From Acidobacteriota bacterium (GTDB lineage Bacteria > Acidobacteriota > UBA890 > WLXD01), in NCBI GenBank assembly GCA_965205505.1, contig CBDBHB010000007.1, positions 512,001 through 576,000 on the forward strand: a DNA stretch of 64,000 nt. The letters are read 5' to 3'. This document shows positions 31,370-42,506 of this stretch, one piece after another. A program made the translations under genes and the position numbers. The notes beneath the pieces are model-generated. The model was given only the letters and a program-made list of their open reading frames with translations. It ran no database searches and had not been told where the DNA came from. Positions within the stretch are counted from its first letter, which is position 1. Each line of letters starts with the position of its first letter.

Positions 31370-32797
31370 ATGAGAAGAAACGCCTTGCTGGTATTCGCCC
31401 TGCTGCTCGTTGGCTGTGACGCGCAGGAACGCCCGGTTCCGCAACAATCGCCGACCACGGCAGCGGAACGACCCAATCTGCTGTTCATTATCACCGATGA
31501 TCAGCGCTTCGACATGCTGGGCATCGTGCACCCGTTTCTCGAGACGCCGAATATGGATCGGCTGGCTGGGGAGGGCGTGCGCTTCGAAAACGCCTTCGTA
31601 ACGACGCCCATTTGCGCCGCCAGCCGAGCCAGCCTGCTGACCGGGCTGGTCGAGCGTACCCATCAATACACGTTCGCCACGCCGCCGCTCGCCGAGCGAT
31701 TTGCCGACCGGAGCTATCCCGTCTTGTTGCGGGAGGCTGGCTATCGCACGGGATTTGTCGGCAAATTCGGCGTGAACACGGAGGATGGAGCCGCCGACAA
31801 GATGTTCGACACCTACGAACCCTTCAGCGCGCCCTACCTCAAGGAACAGGAAGACGGGTCGACTCGCCACCTCACCGACATCACCGCCGACAGAGCCATC
31901 GAGTTTCTGAGATCTGGCGATCAAACCAGTCCGTTTGCGCTGACTTTGAGTTTCAACGCGCCTCATGCCGAAGATGCCGACGAAAGACAGTACATCTGGC
32001 CCGAGGCCATGAACGAGATGTATTCAGACGTTGCCATACCTGCTCCGCCCCTTTCCGAACCACCATTCTTCGAAGCCCTGCCGGAGTTTCTGAAGGATGC
32101 TTCGCTGAACAGAGTCCGCTGGTACTGGCGTTTCGACACGCCCGAGAAGGCGCAGCACATGACACGCGGATACCTGCGGATGATCACCGGTGTCGACGCC
32201 GCCATCGGCCGTGTTCTCGATGAGCTCGAGTCCCTCGAGCTCGCATCGAATGCCGTCGTCATCTTGATGGGAGACAACGGGTACTTCCTGGGAGAGCGCG
32301 GGTACGCTGGAAAATGGCTGCCGTACGAGCTCTCGATCCATGTGCCGCTCATCGTGTTCGACCCTCGTATCGAGGAAGAATCGCGAGGAGCGCTTCCCGC
32401 ACTGCCCGTCTTGAACATCGATATTGCGCCGACCTTGCTCGATCTGGCCGATGTCGAAGTCCCGGGCACGATGCAAGGCACGAGCCTGGTGCCGATCCTC
32501 GAAGGCGCGTCACCCGCTCAGTGGAGAAGCGACTTTTGGGTCGAGCATCTCTTCGAGCACCCCCAGATTCCCAAACACGAGGGCGTTCGAGGTGAACGGT
32601 ACAAATACGCCAGATACTTCGAGCAAGAGCCCGTATACGAAGAGCTGTACGACCTCCGCGCCGATCCCATGGAAACCAGAAACCTGGCCTCAGACCCTGA
32701 TCATCTCGAGATTCTGACGCAGTTGAGAAGACGCACAGACGAGCTGCAGGCTGAATATGGCGGTTCCTACATGCCTATAGAGGAGCGACAGCCTTGA
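31370..32797 (+). CDS. Sulfatase lipoprotein (formylglycine type)
   Basis: Lipobox LVGC, PNLLFIITDD, CAASR, NAPH, GDNG, GKW. Confidence 0.92.
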   Translation: MRRNALLVFALLLVGCDAQERPVPQQSPTTAAERPNLLFIITDDQRFDMLGIVHPFLETPNMDRLAGEGVRFENAFVTTPICAASRASLLTGLVERTHQYTFATPPLAERFADRSYPVLLREAGYRTGFVGKFGVNTEDGAADKMFDTYEPFSAPYLKEQEDGSTRHLTDITADRAIEFLRSGDQTSPFALTLSFNAPHAEDADERQYIWPEAMNEMYSDVAIPAPPLSEPPFFEALPEFLKDASLNRVRWYWRFDTPEKAQHMTRGYLRMITGVDAAIGRVLDELESLELASNAVVILMGDNGYFLGERGYAGKWLPYELSIHVPLIVFDPRIEEESRGALPALPVLNIDIAPTLLDLADVEVPGTMQGTSLVPILEGASPAQWRSDFWVEHLFEHPQIPKHEGVRGERYKYARYFEQEPVYEELYDLRADPMETRNLASDPDHLEILTQLRRRTDELQAEYGGSYMPIEERQP

Positions 32798-32812
32798 TGA
32801 GGGGCTCCGTGG

Positions 32813-35674
32813 TCAGCGCGGTGCCACAAAGCGATAACGACCCGAGCCCAGCTCGAAGCGCGCGCCCTGTTCTTGCGTCACCGGCAGCGACCTGACTCCG
32901 TCCGCTGCGCCGGCCTGCCTGCCGCTCTCGGTTACGGCCCGGGCATCGCGCGTGGGAAGCCGCACCTCGGCTCGGGTGTTTACCGGGACCTCGATCTCGA
33001 TTAGGAGATCATCGTTCTCGAGGCGCCAGTGGCTGACGATCGTGCCGCGCGCGGACCTGTAGCTGGTCTCGGCCCATCGCAGGTCGCCCACGGGGTTCGG
33101 TTCGATAAAGAACCGATCGAAACCGACCGCCTCGGGGTGCGGCCTGATGCCGCCGATTCCCTTGTAAAACCACTCGCTCACTGAGCCGAACATGGGGTGG
33201 TTGTGCGAGTAGGTGTTGTCGGAGAACTCCCAGTGCTCCCACACCGTGGTGGCGCCGCGCTCGAGCATGTATCCCCAACCCGGGAAGGACCGTTGCTGCA
33301 CCATGTGCAGGGCGATGTCGGCGCGACCGGCGCGGGTGAGCTCCTCGAGCAGGTACTTGGTACCGAAGATGCCGGTGGCGATATGGCCGTCGTGTTCGAC
33401 CAGAACCTGCTCGACCATGCGCTCGATCGCGGCCTCGCGCTCGGCCGCCGGCACGAGATCCATGCTCAGTGCGGTCGCCTGACATGCCTGCGTGCCGATG
33501 TCGAAGACTCCCATGCCCGGCGTCAAGAACCGGTCGACGAACGCCTCATGAATGCGCACCGCGAGCAGCTCGTAGCGGACCCGTTCGTCTTCCCGGCCGA
33601 GGATCTGCGCCAGGCGCGCCACCAGCCGCGCCGCCTGCCGGTAGTGCGCGGTCGCGGTGAGCGCCACGGGTTTAGGGTCGAGGCTCTCGTGGTCGCTGAT
33701 GCAACGGTCGATGATGTGGCCTTCGGCGTGCTCTGCGTACAGATCGACCCACTGGCGGGCAACCTCGTACTGCTCGGACACGATGCGGCGATCGCCGTAG
33801 TACTGGTACAGCTGCGCCAGCAGCAATGGGTGGGCGAGGCCCCAGCCGATCGGGCCCGCATCCTCGACGTAGCCCGCCGCCGAGACGCCCACGAACGGAG
33901 CGGTCTCGGTGATCCACCCGTCGCCGCTGACAGCGTCGGCGTGATCGCGCACCGTTTTGGCGTAGAAGCTCGTGAAGTCGTAGTTGAGCATCGCCATCTC
34001 GCTGGTGGCGACGATGTCACCTCCATACTGGAACTTCTCGCGCGCCGGGCAGTCCGACTGGACGCCGAAGAGATTGCTGAGCAGGGTCCACTGCACCATC
34101 TCCTGCACGCGATTGAGCGTCTCGTCGGAGCAGGCAAAGCTGCCGGCGCTCTCCACATCGGTGTTGAGCCGCAGGCCTTCGATCGCGTCCAAGCCTGGCG
34201 TGCCGGGGAAGCCCGTGACCTCGACGTAGCGGAAGCCGTGGAAGGTAAACCGCGGCGTGTACACCTCGACGCCATCGCCGGCGAGCGTGTAGGTGTCGCA
34301 CTGCTTGGCCACGAGGGGGGCGCCCGGCCCGCCGCGCGGCTCGTCGTCGGCATTCTCTCCCTTAATCTGACCCGCGACCGCGGTCATCGGGTTGAGCGAG
34401 CCATCGTCGTACAGAAGCTCCCCCATGCGCATCTTGACCGTCGTGCCGCGCGGGCCCTCGACGCGCAGTCGGGCCCAGCCGGCGAAGTTCTGCCCCATGT
34501 CGAAGATGAAGACGCCGGATTCGATCTCGGTCACGCTCGTGGGGCGAAGCGTTTCCGTGACCCGTATCGGTGGGATCGGCTGGGCCTCGAGCGGCCCCAG
34601 CTCGACCGACTGTACGGTGGCCGGCCGCCAGCCCGAGTCCTCGAACTCCGGCCGGTCCCAGCCAGGCAACCGCCGGCGGGCGTCGAAGACCTCGCCGAGG
34701 TAGATGCTGTTGCGAATCACCGGGCCGGGGTGCACACGCCATCTGTCATCGGTTACAATCGACTGCGTCGTGCCGTCTTCGTACTCGATGTCGAGCTGCG
34801 CGATCAGGCACGGCTGGCCGACCACCATGTGCTCGCGGATGTTGATCCGGCCCCACATCTGCAGCGGCAACGGGTTGTACCAACCGTTGCCCAGCAAGGC
34901 GCCGACGACGTTGGGCCCGCGCTGCAGCATCCCGGTGACATCATGGGTGGTGTAGAGCACCCTTTTGCCGAAGCTCGTCCAGGCGGGATCGAGCACGTGG
35001 TCGGAGACCTTGGCGCCGTTGACGCGAAGCTCACAGTAGCCCAGGCCGGCAGCGTAGAGACGGGCGCTGGTTACGGGTTTCGACACCTCGAACGCGCGCC
35101 GCAGCAGCGGTGCCGGATGATCGTCGTACTGGGCTGCCCGCGTCACGGGAGCTGGCTCGCCATCACCGATCCAACTGCCTTGCCAGTCCAAAGGCGCAAG
35201 CAGGCCCATCTCCCAGATCGACGGCGCGCTCCAGTCCGATGGTATGCCGTCGCCGTCCCACACGCGGATCTTCCAGAAACACCGCTGGCGACTGGTGAGC
35301 GGCGGCCCCGAATACTCGATATGCAGTTGCTCGCTCGACGCCACCCGGTCGCTGTCCCACAGGTCGGCGGCGTTCGCCTCCAGCAGCTCGATGCGCGTCG
35401 TGACGAGGACCTGGTAGGCGCTCTGGCGCAGGCTGCGCGCTTCGGGGTGCCGCGCAACGAGCCGCCACCCGAGGCGCGGTCGCGGGAGGTCGATGCCGAG
35501 CGGCTCGCGAAAGTACTCGCAGCGCAGGTCGACCGGGACGATGCTCCCGAATGTTTCCTGTGTTGCCGCGCGGCCTGCCGGCGACGATGCAGCCGGGTCG
35601 GGTGCGCGGCGGCTGGAGCCGAGCGCACCGGCCGCCAGCGATCCCTGCAGGAAGTCGCGCCGGCGGATCTTCAC
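32813..35674 (-). CDS. Tat-exported GH78 alpha-L-rhamnosidase
   Basis: RRRDFL, DLRCEY, FDMGQNFAG, FTFHGFRY, SDCPAREK, GATTVWE, SHNHPMFG. Confidence 0.92.
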   Translation of the reverse strand: MKIRRRDFLQGSLAAGALGSSRRAPDPAASSPAGRAATQETFGSIVPVDLRCEYFREPLGIDLPRPRLGWRLVARHPEARSLRQSAYQVLVTTRIELLEANAADLWDSDRVASSEQLHIEYSGPPLTSRQRCFWKIRVWDGDGIPSDWSAPSIWEMGLLAPLDWQGSWIGDGEPAPVTRAAQYDDHPAPLLRRAFEVSKPVTSARLYAAGLGYCELRVNGAKVSDHVLDPAWTSFGKRVLYTTHDVTGMLQRGPNVVGALLGNGWYNPLPLQMWGRINIREHMVVGQPCLIAQLDIEYEDGTTQSIVTDDRWRVHPGPVIRNSIYLGEVFDARRRLPGWDRPEFEDSGWRPATVQSVELGPLEAQPIPPIRVTETLRPTSVTEIESGVFIFDMGQNFAGWARLRVEGPRGTTVKMRMGELLYDDGSLNPMTAVAGQIKGENADDEPRGGPGAPLVAKQCDTYTLAGDGVEVYTPRFTFHGFRYVEVTGFPGTPGLDAIEGLRLNTDVESAGSFACSDETLNRVQEMVQWTLLSNLFGVQSDCPAREKFQYGGDIVATSEMAMLNYDFTSFYAKTVRDHADAVSGDGWITETAPFVGVSAAGYVEDAGPIGWGLAHPLLLAQLYQYYGDRRIVSEQYEVARQWVDLYAEHAEGHIIDRCISDHESLDPKPVALTATAHYRQAARLVARLAQILGREDERVRYELLAVRIHEAFVDRFLTPGMGVFDIGTQACQATALSMDLVPAAEREAAIERMVEQVLVEHDGHIATGIFGTKYLLEELTRAGRADIALHMVQQRSFPGWGYMLERGATTVWEHWEFSDNTYSHNHPMFGSVSEWFYKGIGGIRPHPEAVGFDRFFIEPNPVGDLRWAETSYRSARGTIVSHWRLENDDLLIEIEVPVNTRAEVRLPTRDARAVTESGRQAGAADGVRSLPVTQEQGARFELGSGRYRFVAPR

Positions 35675-35906
35675 GCGACGCCCGGGCGCAGCGGTGCCTC
35701 GGCGGTAGAACGTCTACCAGATCGCCTCTGGCGCGGAAGGCGCCTGTTCCACCAATCGATAGACTTTGAAGTTATCAGCGGTCTCATGGTTTCTCCGGCG
35801 CCTATGCCTCGAAGTCTTCCTGATATAGCAGCTCCCCTGTTGCCAATCTGTATACCGGATTCCGATGCGCCAAGGATATCGAGTAGGACCTCCAGGAGTC
35901 TGACCA

Positions 35907-36581
35907 ATGTCGCACAACGTGCGGAGGCATCTGAGACTCGAGATCAGCGCCTATGACGAGGCCATTCGTCGCTTCATCCCCGGCTACGAGATCATGCTCG
36001 GCGTGGCGGCGGGCGCCGTAGCCGCCGCAGAGCCAGATCTCGTGTGCGACCTTGGCGCGGGCACCGGAGCCCTCTCCGAGGCATTGTTGGCGCGTCGGGC
36101 AGTGGGCACCGTCGAGCTCCTCGACGTGGATGCGGACATGATGGATCAGTCGCGCCAGCGCCTGCAGCGCTTCGGCGATCGTGTGCGCTTCACGCTGCGC
36201 TCGTACCACGAGCCCTTTTCTTCGTGCGACGCGTTCGCCGCATCGCTATCCCTTCACCACATCCTCACGATCGAGGCCAAATCAGCGATGTACGCGCGGG
36301 CGTTTGCGGCGCTGCGGCCTGGAGGTGTGTTGGTTAACGCCGATGCCTACCTGCCAGTCGACCCGACCGAGCGCGATCGGCTCTTTCGGTACTGGGCCGA
36401 TCACATGGTGGCCTCGGGCATCGGCGAAGAGCGTGCCTGGCAACATTTCGAGGATTGGGCCGATGAGGATACCTACCTGCCGCTGGATGCCGAACTGGAA
36501 GCGCTGACGCGGATCGGGTTCGACGCGGCCAGCGTGTGGTCAGATGGGCCCATCAGGGTGGTGGTGGCGAAGAAGGCATAG
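35907..36581 (+). CDS. Class I SAM-dependent methyltransferase (CmoA-like)
   Basis: DLGAGTG, SLSLHH, LRPGGVLVNAD. Confidence 0.85.
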   Translation: MSHNVRRHLRLEISAYDEAIRRFIPGYEIMLGVAAGAVAAAEPDLVCDLGAGTGALSEALLARRAVGTVELLDVDADMMDQSRQRLQRFGDRVRFTLRSYHEPFSSCDAFAASLSLHHILTIEAKSAMYARAFAALRPGGVLVNADAYLPVDPTERDRLFRYWADHMVASGIGEERAWQHFEDWADEDTYLPLDAELEALTRIGFDAASVWSDGPIRVVVAKKA

Positions 36582-36658
36582 CAGAGCGTGGTGGAAGTGT
36601 GGCGGGCCTGGCGACGGGGTCGGGAGCCAGGCCGGTTGACGCTGGGGCGACCTGCTAG
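36578..36658. mobile_element. MITE family A, short degenerate copy
   Basis: TAGCAGAGCGTGGTGGAAGTGTGGCGGGCCTGGCGAC...CCTGCTAG. It starts at the methyltransferase stop and shares CTAG with the family B element. Confidence 0.65.
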
Positions 36659-36838
36659 TGTCCTGAGTCAGGAATCCGTTGCATATCGTCCCAGCCCTTC
36701 GGGTGGCGGCGGGACCGGCCGCCTCCGGCGTCGGCCCTCCTCGACGATGCACTCCGCATCGCCCTCGTCGGGCCTCCTTGCATTCGGCTCGGTCGCACTC
36801 GCCACAATATGTAACGGATTCCTGACTCAGGACACTAG
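36655..36838. mobile_element. MITE family B
   Basis: 32-bp TIR CTAGTGTCCTGAGTCAGGAATCCGTT(G/A)CATAT with one mismatch; no transposase ORF. Confidence 0.85.
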
Positions 36839-36881
36839 TGGCCCATGCGGCTGGCGCGGTGTTCCATCACTGCGGCGGAGG

Positions 36882-37871
36882 TCAGCCGCCTACCTGCACC
36901 ACCACCTTACCCATGGCCTGACCGGATTCCAGTCGGGCATGGGCCGCTGCCACATCTTCGAGGGCATAGGGTTCGCCATCCATCAGTGGGCGGATCTGCC
37001 CGGCTTCCGCGAGGGCGGTGATCTCCCGCATGATCTGGCCGTGCGCGGCCGCCCCCGCCCCGTGCAACAACGGGATCAGCATCAGGACGCCGATATGCTG
37101 CAATCCCTTCAGATGCACGGGCGTCAAATCCTGGGTCGAATTGTTCTGGCAGCTGACCACCGTGCCCTTCAGTTTGGCGGCGGCCCAGGATTTCGGGATG
37201 TTCTCACCGCCAACCGTGTCAAAGACGATATCGAAGCCGGCCCCACCCGTATGGGCGGCGACGTAGTCCTCGACGCTGTCTTCTCGATAATTGATGGGAA
37301 TGGCGCCGAACTCGCTGACCACGGACGCCTTTTCCGGGCCGGATACAGTCGCATAGACTTTGGCCCCGCGGGCGATGGCGATCTGTATGGCGACATGGCC
37401 GACGCCGCCGGCGCCCGCGTGAACCAAGACAGTCTGGCCTTAGCCTACATTGGCGCCATCGACAAGGGCTTCCCAGGCGGTCAGACAGACCAGGGGTAGC
37501 GCCGCGGCTTGCGCCATCGACAGGTTGGTCGGTTTCGGCGCCAGAAAGTCAGCATCACAGGCCATGAGTTCAGCCAAAGCCCCGCCCGTACCTTTGACCC
37601 CGCCGGCACAGCCATAGACCTCTGCGCCCACCTCGAAAGCGTTGACCTCGGCGCCGACAGCCTCCACCACGCCGGCCACGTCGCCCTGCAGCACGGCGGG
37701 CAAATCGGGGCCCAGAGGCAGACCGAGCTTGCGGATCTTCCAGTCCACCGGGTTTACCGAAGTCGCCGCGACCCGCACCAGGACCTGGCTGGGGCCGATG
37801 CGTGGCACCGGGACATCCGCCGCTTCGAAGACCGAGGGTTCGCCGCTTTCGCGGATGATCATGGCTTTCAT
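36882..37871 (-). pseudogene. MDR-family NADPH:quinone oxidoreductase with an in-frame TAA at 37440-37442
   Basis: SVNPVDWKIR, GDVAGVV, ANVG*GQTVLVHAGAGGVG; both ORFs are in the same frame. Confidence 0.85.
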
Positions 37872-37933
37872 GAAGGCTCTCCTGGTTGCGTGGTGGGCTA
37901 CCCAGCCTTTCTAAGGCTTCAGAATCCACCCGT

Positions 37934-38848
37934 TTAGCCCGCTCCGGTCTCCTTCGCAACCCGCTGCTCGTACAGTTCCGTTAGCCGGCGCGTCAGGCTT
38001 CCGGGTGTGCCGGCGCCGATGGTTCGTCGATCCACCGCAACCACCGGCGTCGGGCCGCCGAACGTACCGGTGACGAACGCCTCGTCGGCGGAGTAGACCT
38101 GCGGCAGGGAGAAGTTCTTCTCGCACGCCGCGATGCCGTTGTCGCGGCATAGCTCGAGCACCACCGCGCGGGTGACGCCGTTGAGGCAATAGTCGCCGGT
38201 CGAAGTCCACACTTCGCCGCCGCGCACGACGAAGAAGTTGGTGGCGTTGCAGGTGGCGACAAAGCCGTGCGGGTCGAGCATCAGCGCCTCGTCGGCGCCC
38301 ACGTTGATGGCGCCGAGCATGGCGACGATGCAGTTGAGCTTGCTGTGCGAGTTGATCTTCGGATCCTGTACGTCGGCGCGGCCGCGGCGGATGTGTGAGG
38401 TGACGAGCTCGATGCCCTGCCGGCTCGGCTCCGGGCTGGCCTCCTTGTACTCGGCGGCGATGACAATCGTTGGCGGCCCGACATTGACGCGCGGGTCCTG
38501 CGAAGGCGTGTGCTGGAGGCCGCGGGTGATCATCAAGCGCACGTGCACACCCGACTCCATGCCGTTCTCGCGCACCGTGAGATACAGCGCCTCCACCAGC
38601 TCGTCACGACTCATGCCGATGTCGATCTGCATCGTCGCGGCGCCCTCGAACAGGCGGTCGAGGTGCTTGTCGAGGAAGGCGTATTTACCGTTGTGCAGCC
38701 GCAGCCCCTCCCACACGCCGTCGCCGAGGGCGAAGCCCGAATCGAACACCGACACCTTGGCCTCGGCGCGCGGCACCAGCTCGCCGTCGAGGTAGACGAG
38801 GACGTCGTCGTTGCGTGCGTCGGGGATGTATTCGTGGGTACCGGGCAT
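37934..38848 (-). CDS. Class IV aminotransferase (branched-chain/D-amino acid type)
   Basis: SVFDSGFALGDGVWEG, HLDRL, NSHSKLN, LNGVTR, ADEAFVTGT. Confidence 0.9.
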   Translation of the reverse strand: MPGTHEYIPDARNDDVLVYLDGELVPRAEAKVSVFDSGFALGDGVWEGLRLHNGKYAFLDKHLDRLFEGAATMQIDIGMSRDELVEALYLTVRENGMESGVHVRLMITRGLQHTPSQDPRVNVGPPTIVIAAEYKEASPEPSRQGIELVTSHIRRGRADVQDPKINSHSKLNCIVAMLGAINVGADEALMLDPHGFVATCNATNFFVVRGGEVWTSTGDYCLNGVTRAVVLELCRDNGIAACEKNFSLPQVYSADEAFVTGTFGGPTPVVAVDRRTIGAGTPGSLTRRLTELYEQRVAKETGAG

Positions 38849-38879
38849 GGCGCCGAATTCTACCGCTACACTGCGCCGC

Positions 38880-40158
38880 ATGAGCTGGTATCGGCAAAAC
38901 CCACTGGCAGATCCTCGCGGCGCTCGTCGCCGGGCTGATCTACGGGCTCGTCGCCGGCCTGGCCGGCTGGCACGCGTTCACCGCCGCGTGGATCGCCCCC
39001 TTCGGGCGCCTGTTTCTCAACTTCCTCAAGCTCGTCGCCGTGCCGCTGGTGTTCTCCACGCTGGTCGTCGGCGTCGCCTCCCTCGCCGACGTGCGCAAGC
39101 TGTCCCGCATCGGCATACGGACCCTGGCCGCATTCCTGGCGCTGAGCTTGCTCGCCTCCTTGATCGCCCTGTCAACCACGCTGCTGATCCGCCCAGGTGC
39201 CGACTTACCGGCCGACATGCGCGCCGATCTGGTGGCGGCGTACGGTGCGTCCAACGCGGCCACCGCCGAATCCGCCGCCGGCCTGCGCGGCGCAGGTCCG
39301 CTGCAGGCGCTGGTGGATCTGGTGCCGGACAATCTGGTGGCGGCGGCATCGAACAACGCCAACCTGCTGCAGCTGGTGTTCGTCGCGCTGCTGCTGGGCA
39401 TCGCCCTGCTGCAGGTGCCGGCGGAGAAGGCGGCGCCGGTGCTGCGTCTGCTCGACGGCGTCGCAGCGGTGGTCGTCCAGTTCGTCAAGCTGGGCATGAA
39501 GCTGGCGCCGATCGGTGTCTTCGCCCTCATTGCCGATGCCCTGGTCACCGTCGCCCCCGACGACCCGGCGCAACTCGGCCTGTTGCTGCGGGCCTTGGGC
39601 GGCTACTTCTTGACGCTGACCCTGGCGCTCGCAGTGCAAACGTTCGTCGTTTTTCCCCTGCTGCTGCGCGCCGCCGCACAGGTCAACATCATCGACTTCT
39701 TCCGTGGCCTCTCCCCGGCAATGCTGGTGGCGTTCTCCACCAGCTCCAGCGCCGCCGCCCTCCCCGTGACCATGGAGCAGTGCCGCGACGAGCTTCACTT
39801 CTCCGACGAGGTGACCTCGTTCGTGCTGCCGCTCGGCGCCACCCTGCACATGAACGGCACGGCGATGTTTCTGTCGGTGGCGGCGGTGTTTCTCGCCCAG
39901 GCCTTCGGCCACCCCCTGAGTACGTCCGACCTGCTGAGCATCGTTACCATCTCGCTCATCGGCTCGGTCGGTGCCGTCGCCATTCCGAGCATCGGCGTCG
40001 TGTTTCTCGTGGTCATCCTCGAGACCATCGCCGTGCCGGTGGCTGGGGCCGCCCTGGTGCTCGGTGTCGACCGCCTCCTCGATATGATGCGCACGACCAC
40101 CAACGTCACCGGTGACGCGGTGGTCGCCGCCTGCATGCCGGTGTCACTGGACGATTGA
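38880..40158 (+). CDS. Dicarboxylate/amino acid:cation symporter (DAACS), frameshift near 38898
   Basis: HWQILAAL, AFSTSSSAAALP, LPLGATLHMNG, DRLLDMMRTTTNVTGD. Confidence 0.88.
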
Positions 40159-40347
40159 TCGGCTTCGTGCGCCGGGAAGGTGTGTTGGGGCGCGGCGGTG
40201 CCTCGACGGTAGAAGGTCTACGAGATCGACTCTGCGCGGAAACCACAACGGATCACGCGGCCTCCCGCCTGAGCTCGCGAAGGCTACCAGTTCCGGTTTC
40301 CTGATGGCCGCGCAACGCGGTTCGGCGACTCATACCCTTGGGTAGAG

Positions 40348-41880
40348 TCATGCTGCACCAATATGTTCCGCCAACCTAACCGCAAGCGCCGATACCGTTA
40401 ACGTCGGGTTGGCCGCTCCAATACTGGGGAACACAGCATTCGAACATACATAGAGATTATCCGTGCCGTGAACCTGTAAATCAGGATTGACGACACCGTC
40501 TTCATCGGAGCTGCTCATGCGGCAGGTTGACGCTGCATGGGCTCCATCAGGATCACTAACATCGCTTTCGATACTCTCTTCCTTGCACCCGGCGGTTTTC
40601 AGTATCTCAACAAACGTCTGCATGTGTTCCTGTCGAGTCTTGATGTTGATGTCGTGAACGCCGACCTCGATTTCTGTCGTGGGAAGGCCGTGTCTCGTTG
40701 TACCGCTTCCCAAGCTCACTCGGTTCTCCGGGCTTTCGAATTGCTCCATTTCGCCGCCCAATGAGATTCTCATCTCAGAACTCAAGCTTACATCCATATC
40801 AGGCCGCGACACATTTGAAAGGATTTGCCTTTCCAAAGAGGAGCTCGCGCCGACACCCCCAGAAAACCACATTTTGCCTTTATGCTGATATTCCGGTGAA
40901 TCAAAATGACGGCTGATCAGGGAGGAGAAGCCGAGTTCCCCAGCGAGCTTGTCCGGGTTTCCTGGCCGAACGCCTGAGGCGCCCATCACCGGATGGCCGA
41001 TCAAATGCCGGCCGACATGCCCTGAGTCGTTGCCTAGACCGTCGGTCCAGTCGTTGTTGGCAGAGGACAGCAGAAGTTTCGCGGATTCGATTGTGCCACC
41101 GCAAACGATAACCACATCAGCTTCCAGTGAGTCAGGAGCACCCGTCTCAAGGTTTAGAAAGCCGACTCCCCGGGTACGCTGTTTCCCATCCATCAATATG
41201 TTGATGACTGGCGATTCTGTTTTCAGGGTCAGCTTGTCGTCATATTCATCTTGCAGTTGTGCCAAATCGTAGAGAGCCGTATATCGCGCATTCACAGGGC
41301 AATAATTGCAGGTTCCTGTCGTAATACATCGATTGCCGTCCCTGGCTATCGACATATGCCCGTAGGATATGTCATGGCTCGTGAGAGCCTCGATGATCAG
41401 CGCGTCACCTAGGGTAAAAGCGGTTGGTGGGAATGGGTACTTCGCACCATACCGTGGTGGATCATCATTCTCTGAATCACCCGTAATGCCCAGTAGAATC
41501 TCGGCTTCCGCATAATAGGGCGCCATATCGTCATAGTTGATTGGCCAGTCGGCCCCGTATCCGGTACGGGACTTTAGTTCAAAGTCTTCAGGTTTGAGGC
41601 GCGGCGTCAGGCCGCCCCAGTGATTGGTCGTGCCGCCTTTCACAAAGAGCCTTGAGCCACGTAGTCCGAAGTGTTCGGTCTCCGTTCTCGGATCATCAAC
41701 GAACTCTCTGTAGAGATCGACGTCGGCCATCACTTGATCAAGCCAAATTCGATAATCGCCAGGCTTGAAGTCAGGACCTGCCTCAAAAACAGTGATCTGA
41801 TAGTCGTTCTCGGTTTTGAGGAGCTGCCTCGCCAATGTCGCACCGGCCACGCCGGAGCCAACGATGATGATGGACTTCAT
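40348..41880 (-). CDS. GMC family flavoprotein oxidoreductase, large subunit
   Basis: IVGSGVAG, GGTTNHWGG, DWPINY, Cys cluster CITTGTCNYCP, VCSNAVFP, ANPTLT. Confidence 0.9.
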   Translation of the reverse strand: MKSIIIVGSGVAGATLARQLLKTENDYQITVFEAGPDFKPGDYRIWLDQVMADVDLYREFVDDPRTETEHFGLRGSRLFVKGGTTNHWGGLTPRLKPEDFELKSRTGYGADWPINYDDMAPYYAEAEILLGITGDSENDDPPRYGAKYPFPPTAFTLGDALIIEALTSHDISYGHMSIARDGNRCITTGTCNYCPVNARYTALYDLAQLQDEYDDKLTLKTESPVINILMDGKQRTRGVGFLNLETGAPDSLEADVVIVCGGTIESAKLLLSSANNDWTDGLGNDSGHVGRHLIGHPVMGASGVRPGNPDKLAGELGFSSLISRHFDSPEYQHKGKMWFSGGVGASSSLERQILSNVSRPDMDVSLSSEMRISLGGEMEQFESPENRVSLGSGTTRHGLPTTEIEVGVHDINIKTRQEHMQTFVEILKTAGCKEESIESDVSDPDGAHAASTCRMSSSDEDGVVNPDLQVHGTDNLYVCSNAVFPSIGAANPTLTVSALAVRLAEHIGAA

Positions 41881-42464
41881 GCTCCTCTCCTGTAGCTCTC
41901 GGGAGCAGTGAACGCACCACCAAAGTATCCGCTGTAGTTCCATAGCCCAAAGCTCTTGAAGGCGCCCGACATGGGAATTTGATGAGTGATCAATTCGGCG
42001 AAGACGAAGCGCCTGGCACGTCCGAGTTTTGTGGATGAGAAATTCTCGACGTCGAATTCTGAAAAGAGAAGGGATGCCCACGCCTGCTCGACACCGGAGG
42101 TGCTGCCTACCACCAGATTGAACAATTCGACAGCATTCTCGTATTCCGTCAAGTAGCTGGGTTCCTCCTCTGTCTTGAATTGGAGGTCCGCCCTTAGCCG
42201 GCCGAAATAGAGGGGCATGTCGGCCCCTAGTTCCCAGGCCTGGTTCACGTACCGGCACAAAGTTGACAGAGCGTCGAACTCATCCTGGCTCAGGACGCCG
42301 GTTCGCGTCTCATCGACGGGCAAGTCGGAGTCGCTTATGAAATGGAGCAACTCGGCGGAGTCATCCTGGGTCAAGGGGATGCAAGCAAAGGGCAGAGAGG
42401 CAAGCACCCCCGAGGAAAGGCCCAGCTTCAGGAGCCGCCTTCGATCAATGTACAGCTTCCTCAT
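41877..42464 (-). CDS. Tat-signal small subunit partner of the GMC dehydrogenase
   Basis: DRRRLLK Tat motif; overlaps the GMC start; C-terminal GLWNYSGY. Confidence 0.7.
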   Translation of the reverse strand: MRKLYIDRRRLLKLGLSSGVLASLPFACIPLTQDDSAELLHFISDSDLPVDETRTGVLSQDEFDALSTLCRYVNQAWELGADMPLYFGRLRADLQFKTEEEPSYLTEYENAVELFNLVVGSTSGVEQAWASLLFSEFDVENFSSTKLGRARRFVFAELITHQIPMSGAFKSFGLWNYSGYFGGAFTAPESYRRGA

Positions 42465-42506
42465 GTCGGTCCCTCCGGCGACTTTCAGGATGGTTGAGTA
42501 AGTGGA

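Noticed and set aside
33197-35956. 919-aa plus-strand ORF, and similar long ORFs at 57481-59754, 15829-17436 and 25550-26839
   Set aside because: These are antisense shadows of well-supported genes in GC-rich DNA, with no motifs of their own.
37440-37442. Programmed readthrough or recoding in the MDR oxidoreductase
   Set aside because: The codon is TAA at a non-catalytic position. A nonsense mutation or base-call error is simpler.
36588-37499. ORFs spanning the MITEs (also 42494-43156)
   Set aside because: They are composed of repeat-derived peptides and antisense sequence, so they are not credible genes.
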